Below are positions 12,345 to 25,055 of a stretch of DNA of 64,000 nt, one piece after another. The stretch comes from Octopus vulgaris. Taxonomy: Eukaryota. A program made the translations under genes and the position numbers. Position 1 is the stretch's first letter, and every line of letters begins with the position of its first letter. A model generated the notes under the pieces. The model saw only the letters and a program-made list of their open reading frames with translations, was not told the origin of the DNA and made no database searches. The stretch spans positions 3,162,001-3,226,000 of the forward strand of contig OX597829.1 in the NCBI GenBank assembly GCA_951406725.2, in the 5' to 3' direction.

Positions 12345-12708
12345 GGAGTGGCTGTGTGGTAAGTAGCTTGCTTACCAACCACATGGTTCCGAGTTCAGTC
12401 CCACTGCGTGGCTCCTTGGGCAAGTGTCTTCTACTATAGTCTCGGGCCTACCAAAGCTTTGTGAGTGGATTTGGTAGACAGAAACTGAAAGAAGCCCGTC
12501 GTATATATGTATGTATATATATATATATATATACATATCATCATCATCATCGTTTAACGTCCGTTCTCCATGCTAGCATGGGTTGGACGGTTCGACCGGG
12601 GATCTGGGAAGCCAGAAGGCTGCACCAGGCTCCGGTCTTATCTGGCAATGTTTCTGCAGCTGGATGCCCTTCCTAACGCCAACCACTCCGTGAGTGTAGT
12701 GGGTGCTT

Positions 12709-12766
<58 letters not shown>

Positions 12767-12973
12767 TCTGTGTTTGTCCCTCCAATATTGCTTGACAACA
12801 GATGGTGGTATGGTTACGTCCCCGTAATTTAGCGGTTCGGCAAAAAGAGACCGATAGAATAACTACTAGGCTTACAAAGAATAAGTCCTGGGGTTGATTT
12901 GCTCGACTAAAGGCGGTGCTCCAGCATGGCCACAGTCACATGACTGAAACAAGTAAAAGAGTAAGAGTAAAGA

Positions 12974-12975
<2 letters not shown>
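12345..12975 (+). mobile_element. tRNA-derived SINE family B with nested inverted family C fragment (12537-12710)
   Basis: GGAGTGGCTGTGTGGTAAG head, GAGTTCAGTCCC B box, CCTTGGGCAAGT (CORE-like) and GACTGAAACAAGTAAAAGAG tail. The family C piece sits in the internal (TA)/(TG) tract. Confidence 0.85.
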
Positions 12976-13007
<32 letters not shown>

Positions 13008-13260
13008 GTTTTTGAGCCATTTGGCGTCTTCTAGCATGTGATACAACTCAGTAGTTGCCCTTATTATGATTTTATAATTATATTTATAACATCAAATATT
13101 TTGTGTAGATATATATTTCAGCATGGTAGTATCTCTCAGATACCCTTATTCATAGTTTTAAATAATTATTACCTTTGTATGGTATTTATTTCCATGCTGG
13201 CCACTTGATGAGATCGATATTTAAATATCGATATTACCCTTATATATATATCTATATATG

Positions 13261-13607
13261 TCATCATCATCATCATCATCGTTTAGCGTCCGTTTTCCAT
13301 GCTAGCATGGGTTGGACGTTCTACTGGGGTCTGTGAAGCCAGATGACTGAACCAGGCTCCAATCTTGATCTGGCAGTGTTTCTCGGCTGGATGCCCTTCC
13401 TACCACTCCGTAGTGTAGTAGGTGCTTTACGTGCCACCCACACAGGTGCCAGACGGAGCTGGCAAACAGCCACGAACGGATGGTGCTTTTATGTGCCACC
13501 GGCGAGGGCCAGGCGAGGCTGGCAACGGACACGACGGGCAGTGCTACGGTCGCGAAACGGAAGGTTCTCTTACATAATCTCAATTTCCATTGATCGATTT
13601 ATATATC

Positions 13608-13674
<67 letters not shown>

Positions 13675-13680
13675 ATGATG

Positions 13681-13712
<32 letters not shown>

Positions 13713-14500
13713 CATGAGTGGCTATGTAGTAAGAAGCTTGCCTTCCAACCAACTTGGGCAAGTGTCTTCTACTATAGCCTCAGGCCAACGAAAACTTTGT
13801 GGATGGATTTGGTAAACAGAAACTGAAAGAAGCCTGTAGTGTATATATATATATATATATAGCAATAAGAAAATGGAGGGGATCAATAGGTGGTTCATCA
13901 ACTTTTAGACATTATGTTATGTTAACTTATTTATTTATTTACTAAACTGATAATTACAATAATATACATACATCAAAATCAAATCAAATCAAATCAAATC
14001 AAATCAAAATAGATGAAGATCAATGGAATTTGTATCTTTGTGGTACCAGTGCCGGTGGCACGTGGCACACAAGAAAACCATCCGAACGTGGCCGTAGCCA
14101 GTACCGCATCGACTGGCCTCTGTGCTGTGGGCACGTAACAAACACCATCCGATCGTGGCCGTTCGCCAGCCTCATCTGGCACCTGTGTCAGTGGCACATA
14201 AAAACACCATCCGAGCGTGGCCGTCTGTTAGCCTCGTCTGGCACCTGTGTCGGTGGCACATAAAAACACCATCCGAGCGTGGCCGTTTGCCAGCCTCGTC
14301 TGGCACCTGTGTCGGTGGCACATAAAATCACCCACTATACTCTCGGAGTGGTTGGCGTTAGGAAGGGCATCCAGCTGTAGAAACACTGCCAGATCTGACT
14401 GGCCTGGTGCAGCCTTCGGGCTCCCCAGACCCCAGTTGAACCGTCCAACCCATGCTAACATGGAGAACAGACGTTAAACGATGATGATGATGATGATGAT
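13261..14500. mobile_element. Cluster of family C repeats (13261-13580 minus; 13975-14500 plus) and a family B head (13707-13842)
   Basis: Same diagnostic motifs as the other copies; (CAT)n/(GAT)n tails. Confidence 0.8.
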
Positions 14501-14614
14501 AGCATATTATTCTTTACATATAATATATAAGATATAAAACATAGTAATATATAAGGATACCAGTAATTGTAAATATATATATATATATATAATATAATAT
14601 AATAGATATATATA

Positions 14615-14825
14615 TATAAAGTTAATCCAAACATGAAAACACAAAGAGAAAATACAACAACGCGAGGACGTGGAACAAGTGTAGTATTATTGGACGCTCA
14701 GGAAAGAAGGAAAGGAGGGTTTAACATTTTGAGCAGAGCTCTTCGTCAGAAACATAGAAAAAGGAAAGATCCAGAGAAGGGAAGATGGAGGAAAAAAAAT
14801 CGCCAACGGTACACACGAGATCACA
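14615..14825 (-). mobile_element. Penelope-type short element with decayed hammerhead (14719-14753); second copy at 28250-28435 (+)
   Basis: GUUU-CUGACGA-A-GAGC(UCU)GCUC-AAA-AUGU-U-AAAC. The homologous copy at 28303-28337 has a damaged core. Confidence 0.6.
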
Positions 14826-16205
14826 TTGTCCTCCCACATTCACTTAACAACCAATGTCGGTGCGTTTAAGTCCCTGTAACTTAGGAGTTCAACAAAAGAG
14901 ACCAGTAGAATAAGGATTACAAAGTATAAGTCATGAAGTCAATTTCTCCAACTAAAAGCGTTGCTCCAACAAGGCCACAGTCTGAAACAGGTAAAAGAAT
15001 AGAAGATATATATATTCATTGGAAGTTATATATATATATGCTGTGACTGTGAAGACCCAGCAAATAAAGTGAGTTCACAGCTGTATTCTACACCAGTTTT
15101 GCATAACCAGCTCCAGCCCATTCAAAAGTACCTTGGATCGTAGGGCGACCTGCTATGCTTGAGGAGACCTATTGAGTCAAGTACATCAACATCAAAATGA
15201 AAATCAAATGGAAATTGTAGTTGTGATACCCATACCGGTGGCACATAAAAGCACCATCCGAACATGGCCGATGCCAGAGCCACCTTGACTGGCCTCCATG
15301 CCAGTGGCACATAAAAGACACCCACTACACTCATGGAGTGGTTGGCATTAGGAAGGGCATCCAGCTATAGAAACTCTGCCAGATCAGATTGGAGCCTGCT
15401 GCGGCCTCCTGGCTTCCCAGACCCCAGTAAAACTGTCCAACCAATGCGAGCACGGAAAATGGATAATGATGGTGATGATTGGAAGTTATATAGATAGATA
15501 GATAGATAGAGATATATATAGATATATTCATATAGACATAGCTGTGTGGTAAGAAATTTGTTTCTCAACCACATGGTTCCAGGTTCAGTTCCACTTCATG
15601 GCACCTTGGACAAATGTCTTCTACACTCTTGGGCTGACCAACACCTTGTAAGTAGATTTGGTAGATGGAAAGTAATGTGTGGGCACTTGTAGAGGGTGGA
15701 AGTATTAAGGCAGATATGTTATGTGTGCATATATATATATATATATATATGCATATGCATCATCATCATCATCATCATCATTGTTTAACGTCCATTTTCC
15801 ATGCTAGCATGGGTTGGACGGTTCAACTGGGGTCTGGGAAGCCAGAAGGCTGCACCAGGCTCCAGTCTGATCTGGCAATGTTTCTACAGCTGGATGCCCT
15901 TCCTAACGCCAACCACTCCGTGAGTGTAATGGGTTCTTTTAATGTGCCACCTGCACAGGTGCCAGGCGAGGCTGGCAACGGCCATGATCGGTTGGTATGT
16001 GTGTATATACCCTCTATGTTTAGCCCCTTGTGGGTAATAAAGAAATAGGTATGTGTGTATATATGCATATATATGTGTGTATGTATATATATATATGAGT
16101 AAAACACTTCATTTTACATTGTTTCAGTCCACTCAGTTGTAAATGAGTACCACTCTGATGGAATAGCCTTCCAATCAGGGGAAGCATTTGCCTTATCATT
16201 TAACC

Positions 16206-16879
16206 CAGTGGTTCTCAACTGGGGCCCATATGGCCCCCGAAGGTCACATAAGATTGGGGGGGGTACACGCAACGAAATAGTAAATTGGGGATCCACAATA
16301 GTAATTTAAGGGCCCCTGAAAAAGTTTTGCTTTCAATGTCCATATTGGTATGTATTGTGGAGGCACGTGGCCTAGTGGTTAGAGCAGCGGACTCACGATC
16401 GAGGGATCACGGGTTCGAATCTCAGACTGGACGATGCATGTATTTATGAGCGAAACACCTAAGCTCCACACAGCTCCAGCAGAAGGTAATGGCGAAACTT
16501 CTGCTGACTCTTTCACCACAACTTTCTCTCACTCTTTCCTCCTGCATCTTGCAGCTCACCTGCGATGGACCGGTGTTCCGTCCAGGTAGGGAACCTATAT
16601 GCCAAGAAACCAGGAAACTGGCTCTTATGAGCCAGGCATAGCTCGAGAAGGAACAAACAAACAAAAAAAATTACCATGTATTGCAAGACACAGCTAGGTT
16701 TCTTCCTCCAACATTTTACATAGTTCAACCATCACAAGTTAATGGGGGAAAACAAAATAGGAATTTTGAAAGAAGTATCTATAAGACTAGTTTTTAAAAT
16801 ATGGAATGGCTATGGGAGTCCATGAGAATAAAATAGTATTCAAAGAGATCCGTAGATAATAAATGGTTGAGAACCCCTG
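16206..16879. mobile_element. hAT/Charlie-like MITE with nested family D SINE (16360-16665, +)
   Basis: TIRs CAGTGGTTCTCAAC / GTTGAGAACCCCTG; degenerate 8-bp TSD ATTTAACC / CTCTAACC. The SINE has a GGCCTAGTGGTTAG A box and GGGTTCGAATC B box. Confidence 0.75.
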
Positions 16880-17626
16880 CTCTAACCAGTGGGGTGGTGT
16901 CATTAAAAAGCTAAAACAATGCAAAGTGCATTGTGACCAATGATGTGTAACAACATCCAGTAGTTTGGTTGATGCCATGATGTATCTTCTCATCATTGTC
17001 AGCATCATTTAATGTCCGCTTTCCATGCTGGCATGGGTTGGACAATTTATGTATACATAAATGACAAAATGTTTACATCTCCCAATTACAGACATCTGTA
17101 ATACATCTATAGGGATTTGAACTCTGACCGCAAAATATTCAGTTAGGGATCCTGAATAAACCACTACAGTTTCATAAGATTGATCTATAGATCAACCAAT
17201 TAGAGTGAAGCTGTTACATATGGCTTCTCGGATGATTTAAAATTCACCCCTTTTTTATTCTACTCAAACAGTTTGGCACCTAACTCAAAGGCAAGCCACC
17301 TCAGGCACTCAGGCAGATTCCCTTGAACAAGAGATGACTTCAGACACTCATACATGATGTACAATAGCCAACCTTCAACAAGACACAGCACATTTCTCTC
17401 CTCCCAGCTGACAGTTATTTCATTTGCATCTTTCTTTTTTAGATAACCAACACAGTTAATCATTCTCATCAATAAATATGTTAAAAGGTCATGTGTTGCT
17501 TCATTTATAATAAATGTGGCCAGCCAGACCACACAGAGATGGTCATCAACATCATACACATCCACCATCACAAACCCACAACAAGCGTTTATTATGTAAT
17601 ACAGTACAGTTTTTATGTAATACAAT

Positions 17627-17960
17627 GAAGGCACATGGCTCAGTGATTAGAGCATCAGGTTCACAAACATGAGGTAGCGAGTTCGATTCTTGGACCAGGT
17701 TATGTGTTGTACTCTTGAGCAAGACACTTCATTTCACATTGCTCCAGTTCACTCAGCCGTGGAAATCAGTTGCAATGTGTAAGCTGTACCTGACTTTGCC
17801 TTTCCTTTGGATAACATCAGTGGTGCAGAGAGGGGAGGCTGGTATGCATGGGCAACTGCGAGTCTTCCATAGACAACTTTGCCCAGACTTGTGCCTCAGA
17901 GGGGAACTTTCTAGGTGCAATCCCATTGTCACTCATGATAAAAAGGGGTCTTTACCCATT
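17627..17960 (+). mobile_element. tRNA-derived SINE family E (second copy 19905-20245, minus)
   Basis: GGCTCAGTG A box, GAGTTCGATTC B box and TTGAGCAAGACACT; homologous to the inverted copy. Confidence 0.8.
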
Positions 17961-18444
17961 ACAGCATTGAAACAATATATAGAAAACCAAAATAGAGAAC
18001 TAAAATTTAGCTTCCAAAATAGAGAACCAAAATTTAGAAATACAGAATTTCAAGAAATCTCTGGATATTGTGCAATATTCTGCAATGTACATTGCAAAAT
18101 ATTGAGTAACCTGATCTTGTTCTTGAAGATGGTTAATCTGCATATGACGTGTTAAAAATAATCTTGTTCTTAACCTTTTTTATGTGGATTGATAAAAGCT
18201 AAACATTCTCTGCTTCAAAAGTTTACAACCTGTACTTATATCTGTCAAATTTTTCTTTAATTTTCTTCCTATAAACATTATAACTGCGTAGATGTTAGAA
18301 ATATGAGATATTTTAAGAATTTTTAATAAATATCAAAGAAACTCAGCTTTAAAAATGTATTAATTTGAATCTGTAAAATACATATTTATTTCGTTTTTGG
18401 ATTTGGTTTGCAAGATTCTTTATGTGAGTCCGTGTGTTGAAGCA

Positions 18445-18685
18445 TATTCTGTTATGTCTGGGGAGAGTCATTTTCTTTTTGTGCCTTATAATTTAACACA
18501 CTCACTGGTAAAATTTCCACTTATTTTTTTTTCTAAAATTTTCATTGTGTTTTGCAACCTTTTCAATAGTTTTTAGAAAATAAAAAAAAGAAAAAAGAAA
18601 TAAGGGGAAATTTTTACCAGTGAGTGTGTTAAATTATAAGGCACCAAAAGAGAATGACTCTCCCCAGACACAACAGAAGATACAA
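18445..18685. mobile_element. Inverted pair of Penelope-type short elements
   Basis: Arms TCTGGGGAGAGTCATT..TAATTTAACACACTCACTGGTAAAA and their reverse complement, with a hammerhead motif between them. Confidence 0.7.
18533..18569 (-). ncRNA. Minimal type I hammerhead, U3:A8 core variant
   Basis: CUA-UUGAAAA-G-GUUG(CAAAACA)CAAU-GAA-AAUU-U-UAG; palindromic stem III and 3-bp stem I. Confidence 0.55.
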
Positions 18686-19024
18686 TTTAGTTTTTTACTT
18701 TTCATAGTTTATTTCATATTTTAAGTATACTGGTGCCACGAAGAAAGCACCCAGTATGCTCTGCAAAGTGACTGACACTAAGAAGGGTATCCAACCATAG
18801 AAATCATGCGAAAACAGACTATGGAATCTGGTGTGGCTCTTGGCCTTGCCATCTCCTGCCAAACTGACCAACAGAAATGATGATGATGATGACAACAATG
18901 ACAAGGGTTTAGATTGCCTCCAGAAAATCCAGAAATCTAGGCCACTTCTGGTCCCAAGCTTGTTGGATAATTGGTCCAATACTGTAATGCAGTACAAATT
19001 TATTAATTGAACTAGATTAGCCCA

Positions 19025-19128
<104 letters not shown>

Positions 19129-20479
19129 TATATATATATATGTATATATGCTGTGCTTCAGAAGACATGTCAAACCAAGTGAATTCACAGTCATGGTCGA
19201 TGCCAGTGGCTTGTAGAAAGCCCCCTTTGAATGTTGGGTGATGTGCTGTGCCTGAGAAGTTTTGTCAAGCCAAGTGAAATCATAGTCATGGCTGAAGCTA
19301 GTGTCACAGAACTGGCACCCATGCCAGTGGTATGTAAAAAAGCACCCTTCGAAATTTGGGCTTCACAGAGGTAGTGACAAGTGACTGAGACTGTTAGCAG
19401 TATACCATGCTTGAGATTTTAGTTATGGCTGATGCTGGTATTTCATAACTGGCACCCATGCGTGGAGGGAAGTTGTGTAAAAGGAAGACCTAGGAAGACA
19501 TGGGACAAAGTGGTGAGAAATGATCTTCTGATATTGAGCCTCTTGGGAGAGATGACAAAAAGCTGAGATGACCGGTAGTTTGCTGGGCTTGAGAAGAACC
19601 CATAGAGCAAAGTAAAAGCAAAGCTATAAAGGTATATCCTTTATGTCTATTCGTCTTGCACACAATCTGTCTCCAACGAGTCTCTCCCCCACAACCCACC
19701 TAACACCTCCACCCCTCCTTCCACTCGCTGCATTTCTCTCCTTCACATCTTCATGAACCTATCTGCACACAATGTGACCCTGACAAATCTCTTCCAAACA
19801 CCACCACCCTTCAGTCTCCACTCACCTTATTCAATCCTTGGTTCCATTTCACTCACATACACTTTGCTGTAACTTGAGTACCCCACCTGACTCGGAAGAA
19901 GAGTCGGAGACCCCCTTTGGTCATGACTGACCATAGGATTGCACCTTGGAAGTTACCCTCCCATGCACAAGTCCGGGCAAGGTTGTTTGTGGAAGACCAG
20001 CTGTCACCCATGCATACCGGCCTCCCCTCTCCACACCTCCAGTGTTATCCAAGGGAAAGGCAAAGGAGCCGATACAGCTTGGCACCAGTGACATCGAAAC
20101 TCATTTCTACAGCTGAGTGAAATGGAGCAATGTGAAATAAAGTGTCTTGCTCAAGAACACAACACGCAGCCTGGTCTGGGATTCGAACTCACAACATCAT
20201 GATCGTAAGCTTGATGCTCTAACCACTGAGCCGTGCGCGCCTTCACCCCCACCCGACTCACATCTTTAATATCTTCTCTCTCCTAGAAACTAAGATAGCC
20301 ATGTATCTTCTATTCACGCTCTAACTTCTTGTCCCCTGGCACAGAGGAAAACCAATCATAAACAATTATGTAATGGCCTGTAGGACTATGATGGATAAAA
20401 AGAGGCTGAGGACTGAGCCTTGATGGACTCCGACCATATGTCCAATTTATTACTGAAATCATTGGCATCTCTTATTTTA

Positions 20480-21200
20480 CCAGCTGTGTCTTTGTACATT
20501 ATAATATATTATAAAACATATATCTAGATCGCAAAAAGTACAAAAAGATGAATAAACATTATATAATAAGTAAAAAGACTATATATGTTTGGTGGCTGGC
20601 TATAACTTCAATTCGAATTACAACTAAATTTAAATTTAATCACAAAGACAATTCAATTTAAAAGTATAGTCACTCCTCAGGTCAACAATAATAACAATAA
20701 TAGTTAAATAAATACATATTTTTTATAAATAGCCAAATAGAATTAAACAATATTAAAGAAATAATAACATAGAAGAAACTCCATTAACTAAATTTGAAAC
20801 TTAAAAAGTAGGACCAGGTGTCTTTAATACATTTATCATGTTAAAAACCTAAGGTAAAAATAGACTAAATATATAGAAAATTGTATTTTATCTGTGAAAA
20901 TATATTTTAGCTTTGAGAATAATATTAACAAACTATAGTATATCTTTATTGGAAAAAAATAAGAGTCTAATTAATTAAAATTAAAATCTGATACTTAAGC
21001 TAAATTACTCTAATTTAATCTATATTTATTAATCAAATAAATTATATATTAATTTAATAATTAAATAAACATCTAATTTGATCAGATACTAACTATGTAT
21101 TAAACTCTATACAAAACATGTATAGACTTATGATATATCTTATATCAACAATGTTGCAGCCACAACCCTGCAATAGTATTTTGTATATATTTCAATAATA
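20480..21200 (-). mobile_element. Extremely AT-rich Penelope-type terminal segment with decayed long-stem-II hammerhead (20577-20683)
   Basis: GAC-CUGAGGA-GUG..CAC-CAA-ACAUAUAU-A-GUC; similar architecture to 38500-39430. Confidence 0.45.
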
Positions 21201-21284
21201 TATTCACAAATAATTTAAACTTTACAGAGATGTACTTGCATAGCAAGTGATTTGATCTGAGATCGTGTGCTGAAACGAAAACAA

Positions 21285-21551
21285 TTGCAGCGTGGAAGGT
21301 GTTTATAAGCCATTTAAGAAACACACAAAAACCGTTCGATTCACTTCAACATTTAAGTTTAATTTGTCAAAATATTTTCGTCGCTAAAATCCGCGACCTG
21401 TTCACCGACAAAAATCCGGATTTTTGTCAGTGAAGAGGTCGCGGTCTGAAAGCGACAAAAATATTTTGACAAATTAAACTTAAATGTTGAAGTGAATCAA
21501 ACGGCTTTTGTGTGTTTCTTAAATGGTTTATAAAAACCTTCCACGTTGCAA
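21285..21551. repeat. ~267-bp imperfect palindrome formed by an inverted pair of hammerhead-bearing elements
   Basis: The arms meet with no spacer at AAAAATCCGGATTTTT (centre ~21417). A single-arm copy lies at ~50095-50230. Confidence 0.9.
21363..21412 (-). ncRNA. Minimal type I hammerhead, G3:C8 core variant
   Basis: UUUGUCG-GUGAACA-G-GUCGC(GGAUUUUA)GCGAC-GAA-AAUAUU-U-UGACAAA: 7-bp stem I, 5-bp stem II, palindromic stem III. Confidence 0.7.
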
Positions 21552-21639
21552 CTAATATTTCACTCATTGATAAAATGAACAAAGTACTTATTAAATTCAA
21601 TATTATATAGTAGCAGTATTATTATTATTATTGTTATTT

Positions 21640-22736
21640 TTAATGCACAGACACCCAGCAATTTCTAGAAGGGGAACATGTGTGGGCTCTGTTTGTGAAG
21701 CATACCTTTCTGCAGCTTGTTTCCTTGACAGAGCTGCAGTCTTGGGTAAAGGATAGGCTGAGACTGGGCACCTAGTGCTTAGAATGTCATCAGGCACTCA
21801 CTGTCCTCTACCAGTCGGGCAAAAGGACCAGTGGATGATTCACTTTAGATATTTACAGAGGATTAGTAGCGGGAAAGTGCGATGACATCCTCAGGGAGTC
21901 CTTAGGTGTCAACGAAAATGAACTGGTAAGTCTGTTCTGGAGGACTTTCTAGTCAGGGACTGTTATGGATAATTTCCATAACAGGGAAATTAAAATTGTT
22001 TTTGGCCTGGCAGTGCTACCAGGGGACACTAACAGTTCAAGATAAACTCTACAAGCATGGATGTGTTGTCAGATGGGCTCACAGATCAATAAAACCATTC
22101 TGCATGTACTCATTCAGTGTCCAGATATTGCTGACTTGTGGAGTTCTGTTGAATAGCTCCTGACACGTATAGGACAGATCCGTCTGTCATCTGAGAACAT
22201 AATGATGATTGCCCTGCCGCCCTCCTTTAATCAGGCTGGCATGGCAGTTTTCCTTTATCTGTGGTGAAAGAGATTATCTGATAGATAAGGCTGAAAGGAA
22301 TGAGGACAGAAACTTTCCTCTTTAGTAAAGCCCTCATCGACTTTTTCAGATTTCACTTGAAAAGGAAATTGAGGGTGGAGAGGGAGGTTCTATCCTTGAG
22401 TGAATTTATCAAAAGATAGGTGACAGTTTCAAAAATGGCAGTGTAGACCTGTGAGCCACAAGAAAGAAGTTGGAATGGGCCCTCGTTCTTGCTACTCCAG
22501 GTGATCTTGGACGGTGGGGTTCCTTGATTATCCCTAGAGATCCTCCTGAATTAGAGAGATCCCATCACAATCCCTTTTTTCCCTTCTTTTTCTACATATA
22601 CTATGTATCTTTCCCTTCTAATGTATACCATATATATACCTTTTATTTTATCATTCTATTGTATGTAAACCTCCACACTTTATGTCTGTCTTCATATTGT
22701 CCCCTCATCCTTCGCCCTGGTGGCAAATAAAAGAAA
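21640..22736 (+). mobile_element. Degenerate L1/Tx1-like LINE 3' end
   Basis: INKTILHVLIQCPDIADLWSSVE*LL (CCHC-knuckle region, ~22086-22142), then a pyrimidine-rich 3'UTR ending AATAAAAGAA. Confidence 0.6.
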
Positions 22737-23050
22737 TTATTATTATTATTATTATTATTATTATCATTATTATCATTATTATTATTATAGTTATTATTGA
22801 GTGAGAGAGTAGTGCATGCCACCAAAGTGACACTGGGGTAAAATATACGAAACCCAGTATACCCATCATGTCTACCCGTCTGATAAGGGTACACCAGGCA
22901 CATGCATCACAACCATATGTGCGTGACATGGTAATCTCATATCAAGATAAACAGGGCATGACCTTGCAGGTGGGGCCCACTTAGAATTTTCTTCTGGTCG
23001 AGTAACCCATCCCACTCAAAAGGTCCCTGAATAAGGGTTGTTTAAGGATG
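22736..23050 (-). mobile_element. Family F repeat with (TAA)n tail; also at 57803-57940 and 58053-58560
   Basis: Near-identical GAGTGAGAGAG..CATGCC..AAAGTGACACTGGGG blocks, each next to (ATT)n. Confidence 0.8.
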
Positions 23051-23176
23051 TTTGCTTCCCACCCACATGATTCCAAGTTCAAACCCACTGTGTGGTACCT
23101 TGGGCAAGTGTCTTCTACTATAACCTTGAGCCAACCAAAGCCTTGTGAATGGATTTGGTAGACAAAAAAAGTCTGT

Positions 23177-23232
<56 letters not shown>

Positions 23233-23683
23233 TACACACACACACATACACATACGCATACACACACATGTACACAAGTATATGTGTGTGTGTTATTTCA
23301 CTTTATTATTTTACCCATCAGTGGACCAAAACAGTTTTAATACCTTCATTGTTAGATTCATTCATTCATGTTCTTTCATTCTGTAGATCCATGTTTAATT
23401 CTTCTAATTTGTTTGTCTGTTTCTTGTTGCTGTTTGTTTGCTTGTTGGTTTTTTTTTTCTCCTATTATATTAATTAATCAGTTTCACTAATTCTTTAATC
23501 CTATAAACCATCATTTATATCCAAATGGCTTGGCCTGTTGGGATTATGTGTCCTATTGCAAGTTGATATATTACATGTGCAAGTTTACTTTTTAAACATC
23601 ATCAGCATCATCATCATCATCATCATCATGGAAAGGAGGAGGAGTGGAAGGAAGGGGATGCTGAAGAGGAAAAGATGAAGAAG

Positions 23684-23712
23684 GATGGTAATGATGATGT
23701 TGATGGTAGTGG

Positions 23713-23743
<31 letters not shown>

Positions 23744-23748
23744 AATGG

Positions 23749-23779
<31 letters not shown>

Positions 23780-23811
23780 AATGGTGATGATGATGATGAT
23801 GATGATAATGG

Positions 23812-23864
<53 letters not shown>

Positions 23865-23875
23865 GTGAGGATGAT
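23684..23875. repeat. (GAT)n microsatellite
   Basis: Direct reading of the sequence. Confidence 0.97.
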
Positions 23876-24202
23876 TGAGAAGCAAGCTCTTTAACTACAC
23901 AACCACAGCTACAGACACACACAGTACACACATGTACACACACACAATGTAGATATAATTTACAATAAAAATTCAACAAATTTAACAAATACAGTATTAG
24001 CTCAGCACTTTACTGGAAAGTAAAAGTGTCTTGATATTTTGAACATTAATCCTTCATCAATAATAAAAAGGAATAGTCAGTGAGAGGAAGAGTGAGAGAA
24101 AGAAAAGGTTTACAAACAAGAAGGGAATGCAGGCATGAAGGTGATGACCTAATACATATAGACATATATACACACATATATACATCTATACATACATATA
24201 TG

Positions 24203-24304
<102 letters not shown>

Positions 24305-24836
24305 TGTGTGTGTGTTTGTGTCTTGTCGCATTTTTTTTACATCTATAATGTGTATATATACTGTACATTTCTTATATTTATTCACTTAAAATATAAAAAA
24401 ATATCAGAAAGCATTAAACACACTTATTTGCAATTAATAATTGATTCTTTGTAATTATTTACAGTACAGGAGCATGCGTGGCTGTGTGGTAAGAAGTTTG
24501 CTTCCCAACCACATGGTTCCAGGTTCATTTCCACTGTGTGGCATCTCCAGCAAATGTCGTCTACTGGCCAAAATTGTATGAGTGAATTTGGTAGTTGGAA
24601 ACTGAAAGAAGCCCATCATACACATGTGTGTGTGTCTTTGTTTTTGTTTTTGTCCCACTAGCACCCCTTGACAATTGGTAGTTGGTTTGTTTACATCCTT
24701 ATAATGTAGCAGTTTGGGGGAAAGAGACCAACAGAAAAAGTATCATGCTGGGCACAATTTGTTCAACTAAACTCTTCTAATGACTGACTGAAGTGATTAT
24801 TTAGACAATTAATTAATTACCTTGCATTGGTACAAT

Positions 24837-25055
24837 ATGAGGGTGTGCTGAAAAGTTCCTGGCTTTAGGTAAAAGAAAATAGAGGAGGATCAGTTAATTA
24901 TGATTTTATTAGATATATTCACCTCTCTGATTCACACACTTATCGCAGTGGTCCTTCAGTTTTTGAAAGGCGTATAAAAGAACTCAAAAGGCAGGGCCTC
25001 CAATCAGCTTTCCATAACGCCCTTAAAACCAGGAACTTTTCAGCACCCCCCACCC
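24837..25055. mobile_element. Mariner-type MITE (second copy 43712-43935)
   Basis: TIRs GCTGAAAAGTTCCTGG / CCAGGAACTTTTCAGC; the two copies are homologous. Confidence 0.7.

Noticed and set aside
17260-17634. 124-aa minus-strand ORF
   Set aside because: No recognisable domain, the start lies in a SINE head, and there is no convincing splice-site pair.
20480-21200. Mitochondrial insertion (NUMT); also considered for 38500-39430
   Set aside because: No mitochondrial protein, rRNA or tRNA similarity is recognisable by eye; hammerhead remnants point to Penelope-type termini.
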